Origin: an uncultured virus (IMG/VR IMGVR_UViG_3300030116_005269)
Taxonomy: Duplodnaviria; Heunggongvirae; Uroviricota; Caudoviricetes
Virus record (IMG/VR): IMGVR_UViG_3300030116_005269
Location: 1 to 64,000 of that record
Strand: one strand, 5' to 3'
DNA: 64,000 bases
This document shows positions 18,794 to 29,934 of the stretch, piece by piece; positions within the stretch are counted from its first letter, which is position 1, and every line of letters begins with the position of its first letter. The notes beneath the pieces are model-generated. The model searched no databases and was not told the origin of the DNA. It was given only the letters and a program-made list of their open reading frames with translations. Made by a program: the position numbers and the translations under genes.

Positions 18794-19612
18794 TTATAAA
18801 GTTTCTATTGGGTATATTCCTTTAAAATATCCCTGTAGGTCTGCAATATCTTGTGCTGATATAACTTCATCATATAACATAAAAGCACTGATATACCATT
18901 GTGATGATTGATTAGAATCGTAAGTAAATCCTGAAGAAGCACTACCATCTTGTTCTTGATTTAATATAAATTGCCCACCTGAAATTCTTATATCGTTTTG
19001 CGTACCACCAATATTTTGTGTTGCCTCATTTCTACTTTCATAAAGCTTTGCATTAGTTCCATTGTATGAATACACCAACATTTGATAATAAGTAGTATTT
19101 GTTGTGTTATCTATACCATTTTTCCAAGTTTTCCAATTATTACTACCTGTCATAATATGATTGTTGTCTGTACTATTAGTAGATATAGAAATTCCATATC
19201 TATTGCTACCAAATGGCGCTCTGCAAACAAATACCATAGACCAAGCATTTGCACTAGATAAATTCCTATACCCTGTTCCCATATTTAATCTATTAGAAGT
19301 TTGATTATGAGCAAAATAAAAGCTACCTACAGTTCCACCATAAGTTGTGCTTTGTGAGATTGTCCCATAGAAAGTAGCATCATAACCATTACCTGTTTGA
19401 TCTGTCCAACTAGAGCCACTTGTGTAAAATTGTTTATCCAAATATTGAAGTAAGTTTTCCTGTGGATAATCAAATTGATTTGCTGCTTTTAACATATATG
19501 CTTCTTCGTGAGTTTTAACACCCTGTAGTACTTCAGTAGCTGTTTCTTCAGTACCTTTAGTTCTAGGAGGTCTGCCTTTATATCCCCAATTAGGTAATCT
19601 TCTATTCGACAT
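18794..19612 (-). CDS. tail protein with LamG/concanavalin-like domain (putative receptor-binding protein)
   Basis: WTDQTGNGYDA; C-terminal FMLYDEVIS...F pattern. Confidence 0.55.
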   Translation of the reverse strand: MSNRRLPNWGYKGRPPRTKGTEETATEVLQGVKTHEEAYMLKAANQFDYPQENLLQYLDKQFYTSGSSWTDQTGNGYDATFYGTISQSTTYGGTVGSFYFAHNQTSNRLNMGTGYRNLSSANAWSMVFVCRAPFGSNRYGISISTNSTDNNHIMTGSNNWKTWKNGIDNTTNTTYYQMLVYSYNGTNAKLYESRNEATQNIGGTQNDIRISGGQFILNQEQDGSASSGFTYDSNQSSQWYISAFMLYDEVISAQDIADLQGYFKGIYPIETL

Positions 19613-19823
19613 TCCACTCTCCTGACATTATTTGGTTTACTTGTTCTTCAGTATCTACAACAATTTCTAATAATCCGTGTAAAACAGGTGGTGTGTCTCC
19701 TATCCAACTAACCATAAACATACTTTCATCATCTGTGTATCTTACATTTTGATACAATTCAATAATATTTATATATTGCAAATCTTCTTTTAAAATAAAT
19801 CCATAGCTTATATCTAATGCCAT
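19602..19823 (-). CDS. small tail-fibre accessory protein
   Basis: ORF track; context. Confidence 0.5.
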   Translation of the reverse strand: MALDISYGFILKEDLQYINIIELYQNVRYTDDESMFMVSWIGDTPPVLHGLLEIVVDTEEQVNQIMSGEWNVE

Positions 19824-20584
19824 TATCTAAACCACATTGACTGAATACGCCATATTGAGCCACTACCCTCTCTTAACCAAATATGATAACCACCTTCTAA
19901 GTGATTATTAGGACTACCTGAATTACGCCATTGATCTGTGTTAGATATTCCATTGTGATGTGTTGTCCAGCCACCTGATCCATTTTTAGAATAGTATTGA
20001 ATATCTGTACCTGCGGCAGAGCCACAACGGATTCTTGTTTGCGTCACTTCATTTGTAAAAGGTATTGTATTGTACCAATGAGCCACATTACCACTAGAGC
20101 CAAAAAAAGCTACGAAACCTGTACCTCTGTGATAACCATAACCCGAGTTAGTATTTCCATCGTGCCAATTTGTCCAACCACTATCGTGCCAACCGCCCTG
20201 ATTAATTAATATTCTATTACCATACAAACCTTTAACATTAGAAGTTGTAAAAGCATTATCGCTAGCAAATGATTGATACAAAACCCAATGATTTGAACTG
20301 TCGTCTGTATATGTCCCATCTCCATCTACATAAGCAGTAGTAGCACCATTAGATAAGTTAAAGTAATATGTTCCGTTCTCTACATTGTCTGCGCCGGGTT
20401 GTGACAATTCAGTAAAAGGATTTTCGGCTGACAACCCCCTGCCCGAGTTATTGACTGCTAAAGCGTATGCTTCTTCGTGATTTTGACTACCAACTAATTT
20501 TTCAGTTGCTGTAGATTCTGTTCCGGTAGTTCTAGGATATTTACCCCTATAACCAAATACTCTGGGCAGTCTTCTATTAGTCAT
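19823..20584 (-). CDS. putative receptor-binding/lectin-like tail protein
   Basis: N-terminus shared with 18794-19612; GTYY...YVD...WVL pattern. Confidence 0.5.
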   Translation of the reverse strand: MTNRRLPRVFGYRGKYPRTTGTESTATEKLVGSQNHEEAYALAVNNSGRGLSAENPFTELSQPGADNVENGTYYFNLSNGATTAYVDGDGTYTDDSSNHWVLYQSFASDNAFTTSNVKGLYGNRILINQGGWHDSGWTNWHDGNTNSGYGYHRGTGFVAFFGSSGNVAHWYNTIPFTNEVTQTRIRCGSAAGTDIQYYSKNGSGGWTTHHNGISNTDQWRNSGSPNNHLEGGYHIWLREGSGSIWRIQSMWFR

Positions 20585-21327
20585 TATGAAATACCCACTA
20601 AGTTTTTTATATATGAAACTACTTGATCACGATCACTTGTTCCTAAAGTAGTGTTGTAATACCAAAAACCATAACAAGCCCAATCGCTATCTTCAGCTCT
20701 ATCGCCTGCGTTTAAACACCAATAACTACTATTGCTATTGCTACCACCTGTACCACCATAGCTTGTTCCATTATAATATCCTCTAAAATAGTTATATTGA
20801 TCAACTGTCACAATCCAACTTGTACCTGCTCTGTCGCCTTGATCTGTAAGCCAACCTTCGTGATAGGCTACAGGACAATTACCGCTCCAATGACCTGAAA
20901 GCCAATTACCACTTTTTCCTTCCCAAATTCTTCCTTCAGTTCCATTGTATCTTGTCACAGTAAATCCTGTATATCCAGAACTACAAGTGGTATGACTAAA
21001 CCTTAAACCTGCTGAGGTATTACCCTGTACCCATTCCGTAATATTTGTTGCATTGTTAGATGAACTACCTGTTGTATAAGAAGGACTACCTCTATAACTA
21101 CTAGAATTATTATTACCCATATAGTCTTCCCATACTTTTGTAGTATCGTTAAATGTACTTGGTACATATATGTTTAAAGGATTAGTTGAAATATCAGGAA
21201 TAACATCGGAAGTATTGATGTTAATTTGTTGAGAAGACATTTGTGTATCAAATTTTCCCTCTAGTTGTTTTATTTCATCAAACTCAGGTGATTTACCTAT
21301 GTAGTTAGGGTTGATACTTTTAGGCAT
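20584..21327 (-). CDS. LamG-like tail protein
   Basis: WEDYMGNN, GNWLSGHW, SDW, YYNTTL...Y. Confidence 0.5.
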   Translation of the reverse strand: MPKSINPNYIGKSPEFDEIKQLEGKFDTQMSSQQININTSDVIPDISTNPLNIYVPSTFNDTTKVWEDYMGNNNSSSYRGSPSYTTGSSSNNATNITEWVQGNTSAGLRFSHTTCSSGYTGFTVTRYNGTEGRIWEGKSGNWLSGHWSGNCPVAYHEGWLTDQGDRAGTSWIVTVDQYNYFRGYYNGTSYGGTGGSNSNSSYWCLNAGDRAEDSDWACYGFWYYNTTLGTSDRDQVVSYIKNLVGIS

Positions 21328-21337
21328 ATCAAAACCT

Positions 21338-21670
21338 TTATGTTATTTCTAAGATACTCGCAAAGGCTTCAAGATCTCCCGACGAAGCACCGCCCTGTAA
21401 TTGTATGTAGTCTCCTGCCTCTAAAACAATTTTAGAAGTACCGGCTAATTCAAGTGTCGAGTCGGCGGGAACAGTTATTGTGTAAGCTATTCTAGCGTTT
21501 GCTGATCCACCACTATCAATAACATCTGCTGTAATTGTATCGTCATTTGTACCGTCAATATTTGTAATTCTTAGTGTTAAAACGATTGCTGTTGTTGATG
21601 CCGGACAAGTATATATAGTAGCGGCGGACGATGTAATATCCTGATAAGCATTTTTAAATGTTTCTGCCAT
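21338..21670 (-). CDS. small beta-rich tail-associated protein
   Basis: IYTCP, VPADSTL, KIVLEAGD, ASILEIT. Confidence 0.65.
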   Translation of the reverse strand: MAETFKNAYQDITSSAATIYTCPASTTAIVLTLRITNIDGTNDDTITADVIDSGGSANARIAYTITVPADSTLELAGTSKIVLEAGDYIQLQGGASSGDLEAFASILEIT

Positions 21671-21677
21671 AATTATC

Positions 21678-21923
21678 CTAACTTAGCGCTACAACTAGAC
21701 CTAAACTTGCACCTGCTGATCCTGTAGCTACTGAATCCCAACTGCTACCATTGTACACTTCCATTTTTGAAGTTGTGGTATTCCATATCACTTCCCCGGC
21801 TGATAAAGACGACAAAGCATCTCTTTCCGTGGTTGTGTAAGCTTTTAAACCAACGGGTACTGTAAAATCTACACTTGCACCTGTCGATCTTGGTCTTATC
21901 TCATTTACTTTTAATATTGACAT
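21678..21923 (-). CDS. tail fibre-associated protein
   Basis: YTTTERDAL...GEVIWNTT..MEVYNGSSW. Confidence 0.6.
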   Translation of the reverse strand: MSILKVNEIRPRSTGASVDFTVPVGLKAYTTTERDALSSLSAGEVIWNTTTSKMEVYNGSSWDSVATGSAGASLGLVVALS

Positions 21924-21926
21924 AAT

Positions 21927-22334
21927 TTACTCCTGTACTTCAAGCAGTTCCCAACCTGCTGTAATATCTCTCAAATGTGCATTTTCGTTCCAATAATAAC
22001 CTTTATCGTCGTCTGGGTAGTCAATAGGTGCTTCCCATAACCAAGTTGTTTCGTTAAGTGTCCAACTTGGATAAGGTTGCGGTTGAATAAATACATCGTT
22101 TTGAGCGTCATAGTAAAATCCTTTACCTGCGTAATTACCTCTAAAGGCTGTACCACCTTCTTTATGTTCGTTTCCGTAAGTATTGTATGAAGTCCTCCTA
22201 CAGTTTTGTCCCATTTCATTTGCGTAAAAATTTTCCCAAGAACTAAAACCTGTTGGCAGATCTTCTGTTTCGTCTTTTCCAACTATTACATTTGTCACTA
22301 TTGAGTTGCTGTCTAAAAATGCGTAATGAGCCAT
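21927..22334 (-). CDS. tail-fibre-associated protein (MAHYA family)
   Basis: RTSYN, FRGNYAG, PQPYPSW, WEAP motifs; follows a Gly-rich fibre gene. Confidence 0.65.
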   Translation of the reverse strand: MAHYAFLDSNSIVTNVIVGKDETEDLPTGFSSWENFYANEMGQNCRRTSYNTYGNEHKEGGTAFRGNYAGKGFYYDAQNDVFIQPQPYPSWTLNETTWLWEAPIDYPDDDKGYYWNENAHLRDITAGWELLEVQE

Positions 22335-22342
22335 ATTATCTC

Positions 22343-23443
22343 CTAACTAAAAGTTATTGTTCCTGTTCCTGCTGTAAATGTAGTTATTTTTGTATTTCCT
22401 GATCCATTTGATGTACTAGCAGTCAAACCTGCACTTGCAGTTATAGTAAAGTTATCAGGATAACGAAGTATTACAACACCGCTACCACCTGAGCCTGATG
22501 TCGCTCCACTATGGTAAGTACCTGTTCCCCCACCGCCCCCACCGGTATTAGCTGTACCTGAAGTTGCTGAGAAATTTTCATTTTGTCCACCGGCGTTTCC
22601 TGCACCGTTGCCCCCACCGTCTTGACCTAAACCCCGCCAAGAAAGAGTAGCACCTGTTGTACCTTTATAGATACCTCCACCACCGCCTCCTGCTCTTTCT
22701 ACACTAGCGTCGGTAATAGTTGAGGCTACACCGTCCCCACCATTACCTGCTTTTTGATTTACACCATTCACACCTACTGATCCTGCTCCTCCGCCTCCGC
22801 CGGCAAAGTGATCGCTAACATTTGATCCTGATCCACCTGCGTAGCCCTGATTAGCTGTTCCTGCACCGCCTGCCGCTCCATGCGTAGCTCCGCCCCCGCC
22901 TGAGCCTCCTGCTGTCCCGACATGACCGCTCCATTGTCCGCCAGATCCTCCTCCAATAGAAGTTATTGTATGAAATACTGAATCGCTACCCTCATTACCG
23001 TCACTACCAAATTCCGAAGATCCTCCACCTGCGACACCTGCGCCACCTGCACCAACTGTCACCGTATAAGATGTTCCCGGCACTAAAGATAATTGTGATT
23101 CCGATGATCCTCCGCCACCTGACGCTTCATTATTGTAAGTTGCACGATAGCCTCCGGCACCTCCACCTCCGCCGTGTTGGTGTCCGCCCGCTCCACCACC
23201 TGCTATTACTAAGTAATCGCAAGCAATACTAAAAGTGCTACTTGACATAGCGTTCCAAGATGACCCGTTATATAGTTTTATAGTTCCTAGATCAGAGTCA
23301 TATACTGCGGCACCTGCACTCATACCTGATAGAGCGTTAATCTGCGAGGTTGTAAGAGATTTTAAATTTAGGTTGTGTCCAATATTTACACCACCATTTG
23401 AAGTATTTTCCTCTATATTATCTACTTTTATTTTGCTAGCCAT
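22343..23443 (-). CDS. glycine-rich tail protein
   Basis: YLVIAGGGAGG, YTVTVGAGG, GTANTGGGGGG, GGSGVVILRY. Confidence 0.75.
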   Translation of the reverse strand: MASKIKVDNIEENTSNGGVNIGHNLNLKSLTTSQINALSGMSAGAAVYDSDLGTIKLYNGSSWNAMSSSTFSIACDYLVIAGGGAGGHQHGGGGGAGGYRATYNNEASGGGGSSESQLSLVPGTSYTVTVGAGGAGVAGGGSSEFGSDGNEGSDSVFHTITSIGGGSGGQWSGHVGTAGGSGGGGATHGAAGGAGTANQGYAGGSGSNVSDHFAGGGGGAGSVGVNGVNQKAGNGGDGVASTITDASVERAGGGGGGIYKGTTGATLSWRGLGQDGGGNGAGNAGGQNENFSATSGTANTGGGGGGTGTYHSGATSGSGGSGVVILRYPDNFTITASAGLTASTSNGSGNTKITTFTAGTGTITFS

Positions 23444-23451
23444 TATTTATC

Positions 23452-24006
23452 CTAACTTGCTGTTATGTACCAACCTGAAATTACAATACTGCCTGAACTT
23501 CCATAGCATCGTAATTTACCTTGCCCTGTACCATTTGTTCCATAAAATTGAGTTCCTGCTGTGCTTGTGCTTGACCCTACAGAACAGACTGCATAACCAT
23601 TTGTGTAATCTGTAGCGTTATACCTACCCTGTAAGTTATATCCATAAACCATATTTGCAGTATTGTTCGTTGAAGAAGACGCTTCAGGTAATGAAATATC
23701 ATTAACAATAAAGTCTGCACTTTGCGACATACTTGTTCTATTTATTGTTGGTAGCCAAAAATGTAGTAGTTTACCAACTTTGTAATAGTTCCCTGTAAGA
23801 GTAGTTGTTGAATACCCTGATGTAGCATTTAAATTCGTAGAATAACTTATTGTACTTGACCAAGTTGATTCGCTTACAGCAGGACCTGAAGTAATACCTG
23901 ATACATCTACACCATCAACTTGACCATCTTTAATTAAAACACCGTCAATAGTCACACCATTAGCTGATGTTTGTTCGTTTATTGTATCTACATTAAGTTC
24001 GCTCAT
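23452..24006 (-). CDS. tail fibre-like protein
   Basis: MSELNVDTINE; GNYYKVGKL; C-terminal ISGWY. Confidence 0.6.
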   Translation of the reverse strand: MSELNVDTINEQTSANGVTIDGVLIKDGQVDGVDVSGITSGPAVSESTWSSTISYSTNLNATSGYSTTTLTGNYYKVGKLLHFWLPTINRTSMSQSADFIVNDISLPEASSSTNNTANMVYGYNLQGRYNATDYTNGYAVCSVGSSTSTAGTQFYGTNGTGQGKLRCYGSSGSIVISGWYITAS

Positions 24007-24238
24007 TATGATAATTCCTTCCTTTACCTGCAAAATAGTTTTCAGGATCGTATTTTGAGTCCACCATTTCTTGAAGTGTAGGTCCGCCTACATTATTATA
24101 CTTTACGCCATCGTCGAAATCGCTCCTTTCCAACCTGTTGATCTTTTCTTTTTTATCGTCAATAATAAGACGGACTATAAATCCAAGACCATAGCCAAGA
24201 GCCATAGAGCCTAATATTATAATTATTTGATCTGTCAT
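23993..24238 (-). CDS. small membrane protein
   Basis: N-terminal TM helix; ATGA overlap with the fibre stop. Confidence 0.55.
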   Translation of the reverse strand: MTDQIIIILGSMALGYGLGFIVRLIIDDKKEKINRLERSDFDDGVKYNNVGGPTLQEMVDSKYDPENYFAGKGRNYHNERT

Positions 24239-27200
24239 ACAACCACCAATGTTCCGGCTACATCAACAGTACCCTCTATATCTAATGGTCCTGCTGCTAC
24301 TGTTCCTGTGTTGGCTGATATTGTAAAAGTTTCACCTGACGCCATAGTTGTTCTATGTATAAAGAAACCACCATTTGCTGACATTGTTGCATTATTGTCA
24401 ATTATCATTCTTTCTGTACCGGCGGTATCTATTCTTACTTTGTCCTCGTCGGAGCTTTCCTCTACATGAACTCTTGTGTCACCGTCAGCATCTTCTATAT
24501 TTGTAGGTCTTTGAGGTACAAAGTTNNNNNNNNNNAAACTAAGCTATCTCCTGTAGCTAGTCCTGTAGTATCTGCATTTGATAAATCACCTACTGCTGTA
24601 CTACCGGTTGCAACTGTACCCCAAGATATGTTGCCCGATCCGTCAGTCACTAGAGCTTGACCGTTAGTACCTGCGCTACTGTTTATCTTTAGCTTTGCAG
24701 ATTTAAGATCAAATACACCATCCGACTCAATCCTAACTCTTTCAGTACCTGCGGTAGATATTCTTATATCATCAGCGTCGGTTGTTGCTTCTACTTGTAT
24801 TTTCGTATCGTTGTCATTATCTCTAAATGCTGTTGCACTAGCACTTGTAGAAGTAATTTGTATTGGGTCGGTTGTACCGTCTGTAAGTGTGACATCAATA
24901 TCCGTACCTGTGCTACCAAGATTTAAAAATTCAATAGGGTCACTAGAACTATCGGCTAGTGTTAATGGTGCTTCACCTGTTAGAGAAGATCCTGATCCTG
25001 ATACAAGATTACTCTTTGTGATCTTCTTATAACTAGTTGTACTTGTATCATATACAAGTAGTACATCGTCGTCGGCCACGCTTGCACTTGTTAGTGCTGA
25101 CTTACCTGTTAAGAAAGTAGTTGTAAGTCCTGTAGCATTACCTTCAAAAGTACCTGCCACAAAAGTTTCACTACCTACTGTCCATTTATCATTTGTTTCG
25201 TCCCAAACTAATGTTTTATTTGTAGCAGAGCCTCTTTCTATTTCTATACCACCGTCTTGTGATGGTGATCCTGTTTCGTCGCTATTAAGAGTTATGATGC
25301 TATCACCAATGTTTACTGTATTAGAGTTAACTGTTGTAGTTGTACCTGATACGGTAAGGTTTCCTGTAATAGTTGCATCTCCGCCAACTGATATGTCATT
25401 TGTGACTGTTAAATCATTTCCAATAGTTGTATCACTAGGAAGTCCAATAGTTATTGTTCCTGAACTTTCAGCAACCTCTACTTCATTAGAAGTTCCTGAA
25501 AATGTAATAGTTCCACCCAAAGCGGTAGCTGTTGAGTTTGATCCGTCGGTGACTGTTATAGAACTATTAGCTAACTTTGAATTAGGTATGCTTGCGGTAC
25601 TTAACTCACCTGTTGTTGAATTGTATGATAAACCTGATCCTGACGCTGCGGATATTGCACCCCTAGCTCTTGCATTAGTGAAATATAGATTTGTACTACC
25701 TTCACTTGTATTGTCAGTTGTAAGACCTACATTTACCCAAGCACTACCGTTGTATCTTAATACTTCGTTAGTAGCTAAAGATGTAAGTGTGACATCGCTA
25801 AGTTGTGATATAGCTGAACTTGCGTCACCCGGAATCCAATTAGACCCAGACCATTTTAACGCTTGACCAGAGCTTGGAGCTGATGTGGCCGTATCAACAT
25901 CACTTAAATCATTTATAGAAACTGTACCAAAATCAATATCTACTTCATTATTAGAAGTATCGTCCGTAATAGTTATTTTTGAAGATCCTGCATTAAGTTT
26001 CTTAAACTGTAGATCTTCACCAACTTTACCATCAAATAAGCCTACACCTGCTGTTCCAATGTTAGACGCTGTGTTAGTTTCACCAGACCCAGACAAACCA
26101 GATACGGAAACAAGTGCAAAACTACCGGCAGAGTTATCCCACGATACAACTTTTTGATTTTCGCTTGAGCCGGGTGCGGAAAAACCTACATTAGCTAAGT
26201 CTTGTAAATTTGTTAGAGCTATTCTCGCGTCAGCTCTTGCATTTGTATAGTAGAGATTTGACCCTTCGGCTAAATCGCTTGTAGTGTTATTTGAAAGATC
26301 ATCTTCGGTGTCTGTTGATGCAATAGTTAAAGTATTTGCTGCGTCGTCATAAGTTAGGGATATATTACTACCTGCTGTTAGTAAAGTATTTACACGATCA
26401 TCTACTCTTTCGTCGGTAAAGTATTTGTTGGTAGTACCTTCACTTAAATCGTCGGTATCGTTATTAGATAAATCATCTTCTGTATCTGTTGAGGCGATTG
26501 TAAGTGTATTAGCATTATCGTCATAGGTAAGTGTAATATTTGACCCTGCTGTTAATAAGGCGTTTACTCTATCGTCAACCCTTTCGTCTGTAAAGTATTT
26601 ATTTGTACCCTCTGTCAAATCGCTAGTAGATTTACCGCTAAATGCTGTGTTAAATCTTGTTGATGTGTAATAAAGGTTTGTGCTACCCTCACTTAAATCG
26701 TCTGTATCTTTAGCTGTAAATGCACTATCAAATCTAGCTTGTGTGTAATAAAGATTACTTGATCCTTCACTCAAACTATCTGTGTCGTGATTTGCTATTG
26801 AGGAAACTGTACCTGTGACATTACCTGTTAAGTTTCCTGTAAATGTAGAGTGAATACTTCCTGCGTCAAACCTCTCGCTACCAACAGTCCACTTATCGTC
26901 GGTTTCGTTCCATATTAAAGTTTTATTTGTAGAACTACCGCGCTCAACTTCTATACCTGCATTTTCACTAGGCGTTCCTGTGACATTATTGTTTAATACA
27001 ATTATGTTGTCATCAACTGTCAATGTTTCGGTATTCAAAGTTGTAGTAGTACCACTTACTGTTAGATCTCCTGAAACTACTAAATCGTTAAATGTGACAT
27101 CGCTAGTTGTTGAAACAGCCTGCGGTATAGAAATTTGACCACCAGATAGTGTTATACCTGTACCTGCTGAAAAATGTGACCTTACCTCTGTTGCACTTGG

Positions 27201-29934
27201 TCCTGTATATGTTATGACACCCGTTGATGAATTGTAAGCTAATGACCCGTCGCCACCGCTATCTGTGACGGAAATAGCACTACGAGCTCTAGCGTTAGTA
27301 AAGTAAAGATTTGATGTTCCCTCGCTTAAATCATCTGTATCACTTGCACTTAAAGAAGTTCCCTGTACTGATACAACAGCGTCCCCACCCATACCTGAGT
27401 GATGTTGACAGTAATAGTAAAGAGTGTCTGCGGTTGCTGCGTCAACAACTATTTGTGTATAAGCACCCGAGCTACCCGGCGTTCCGTTGTAGCTTACACC
27501 GGTAGTGTATTCTGATCCTGATCCGTGTGTACCATTTTTAGTTGTAGAAAATTTAAGTGGGTGTCCTGAGTTAGAGCTATCACTAGTATCAAACCTATAA
27601 GTTATACCCGGAAGTAATTGAATACTTGCTGTTGTTTCGCCGTCTAGGTGATATTTGTTTCCGCTTACATTTGCAACCGTGACATCAAACTCAATAATTG
27701 CTGTGTTGTTTTCAAAGTTTATTGTCTTGTTGGTTAGTGTATCTGTAGAGCTTTCGGTCACTACAGTACTATCTATTGCTATTGTGCCAGACGAATAATC
27801 TATACCCGTACCACCTGATAAGTGACTATCAACTCTTGCAGTTGTAAAGTATTGATTTGACCCCTCACCAATATCATCTGTGTCTAAAGTTAAAGTACCA
27901 CCTAAAGCAAGTGAGTTTGAATTTATTGTGACAGAGCTATTAGCAAGATTGGAATTTGGAATAGCAGATAAGTTAAATACACCTGTTGAAGAGTTATATG
28001 TCAAACCAGAACTAGCTGTAGCACTAACCGAAGCTCTAGCTCTTGCGTCTGTGTAATAAAGATTTGAAGATCCTTCTGTTAAATTGTCTGTATCTTTTGT
28101 TGCTAATCTTGTGTCAAACCTAGTGTCTGTATAATAAAGATTTGTTCCTTCACTTAAATCACTAGTTGACTTGCCTGAAAACGCAGAGTCAAACCTAGCG
28201 GTTGTGTAATATAAATTAGAAGATCCCTCACTTAAACTATCAGTATCATGGTTAGCAATACTTGAAACTGTACCCGTCACATTACCGGTGACATTACCGG
28301 TCAAATTACCCTCAAATGTAGAGGCTACAAATGTTTCAGTTCCTATTGTCCACTTGTCTGTAGTTTCGTTCCAAACAAGAGTTTTATTAGTTCCGTCACC
28401 TCTCTCAATTTCAATACCACCGTTTTCCGTTGGCGATCCGGTTGCATTGGAATTAAGAACAATAACATTGTCTGCTAAATTTATAGTTTCAGTATTTACG
28501 GTAGTTGTTGTACCGGAAACAGTTAAGTCACCTGAAACAACTAAGTCGTTAAAAGTCACATCACTTGTAGTACCAACTGCCTGACCAATACTTATTTGAC
28601 CTGAAGATACTGTGACACCTGTACCTGCGCTAAAGTGCGCTCTTACTTCAGCGGCGCTTGGACCGGTATAAGTAAACACACCTGTAGAATTGTCGTAAGC
28701 TAAACTACCATCTCCACCTGAATCTGTGACTGATACTGAAGTTCTAGCTCTAGCATTTGTAAAGTATAAGTTAGAAGATCCCTCGCTTAAGTTATCGGTA
28801 TCTTTACTAGCAAGTCGTGTATCAAATCTTGTATCGGTGTAATAAAGGTTTGAAGATCCTTCACTTAAGTTATCTGTGCTAAAAGGTGATAAAGATACAG
28901 TTGCGTCTATTGCACCATCATTTGCATCGTCATAAGCAAAAGATATACCTGTATGCGATCCGTTTGTGACAAACTGCGCACCTACTATATCTTGTGCCTC
29001 TTCTGTACCAACGGCAGCCGATATTGTTAATGTACCTGCACCATCTACATAACTAAGAGTTATATTGTCACCGGCTTGTAAAAGCGTAGCAACTTGATCG
29101 TCAACTCTTTCTGTAAGGTCTGCTGTTATTTCACTAAGGTCAGTTGTAAATGTTAATGTACCCGAGCTTTCGGTTATATCAACACCCGCACCGCCTGTAA
29201 ATGTGACTGTACCACCTAAGCTTACTGCTGAGGAGTTTGATCCGTCACTAAAAGTCAAACTTGAATTACTAAATGCAGAGTTAGGTAGATTAGTAAATGT
29301 GTTTGACCCACCGTCTAAGGTTTTACCTGTTAGTGTATCAGNNNNNNNNNNCAGTAGAAGTTTGTGTAAGTATTTCGTCATAAGTACCACCTTCGCCCAA
29401 TACCCAACGATTAGTAGATACATCATAAAAAAGTCTTGCGTCGTCTGTGTCGCTTGTGTCAACAATAATACCTGCGTCAGCTTCGCTATTACCTGTATTT
29501 AATTTAACAAAAGCGTCGTCAACAGTAATAACTGTAGAGGTTGTACTAGTAAGTTCACCCTGAACATCTAAATTACCCTGAATTGTTGCTGATCCTGAAA
29601 GTGTTAATCCTGTAAATGTTGGTGAGTCGCCCGTACCTACACCTAAACTTGTTCTTGCAGTTGCACCACTTTCTACCTGCCACGCTGTACCTGTCGATAC
29701 GATAAACGCACCATCCGAGTGAACAAGATTTGATATTGTAGTTAAATCGGCGTCATAAGCTTGTACATTCGATCCTATTTGTAAACCTAGACCAATTCTT
29801 AAATCTGCTAAAGAAGAATACGATCCACCTGTACCACCATCGTCTAGTCCTACATAATCCGCGCTTTGAAATTCAGCAAAACCGTCAGGATTACTCCCGT
29901 CATAATTCAGCCTTATTGGATTCTTTTCTGCCAT
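24235..29934 (-). CDS. very large repetitive tail fibre (~1900 aa), broken by two N gaps
   Basis: MAEKNPIR (29934) joins ...ILTQTST[gap]DTLTGK...GDSLV[gap]NFVPQRP...GTLVVV* (TGA 24235-24237). Many TDxLSEGxxNLYYT repeats. Confidence 0.75.

Noticed and set aside
24536..29340. Repeats resembling a CRISPR array or a DGR template/variable pair
   Set aside because: They are degenerate, in frame and protein-coding. There is no constant repeat-spacer structure, cas gene or reverse transcriptase.
455..29351. Apparent frameshifts or pseudogenes at 455-464, 24526-24535 and 29342-29351
   Set aside because: Each coincides with a 10-N scaffold placeholder of unknown true length, so these are assembly artefacts.
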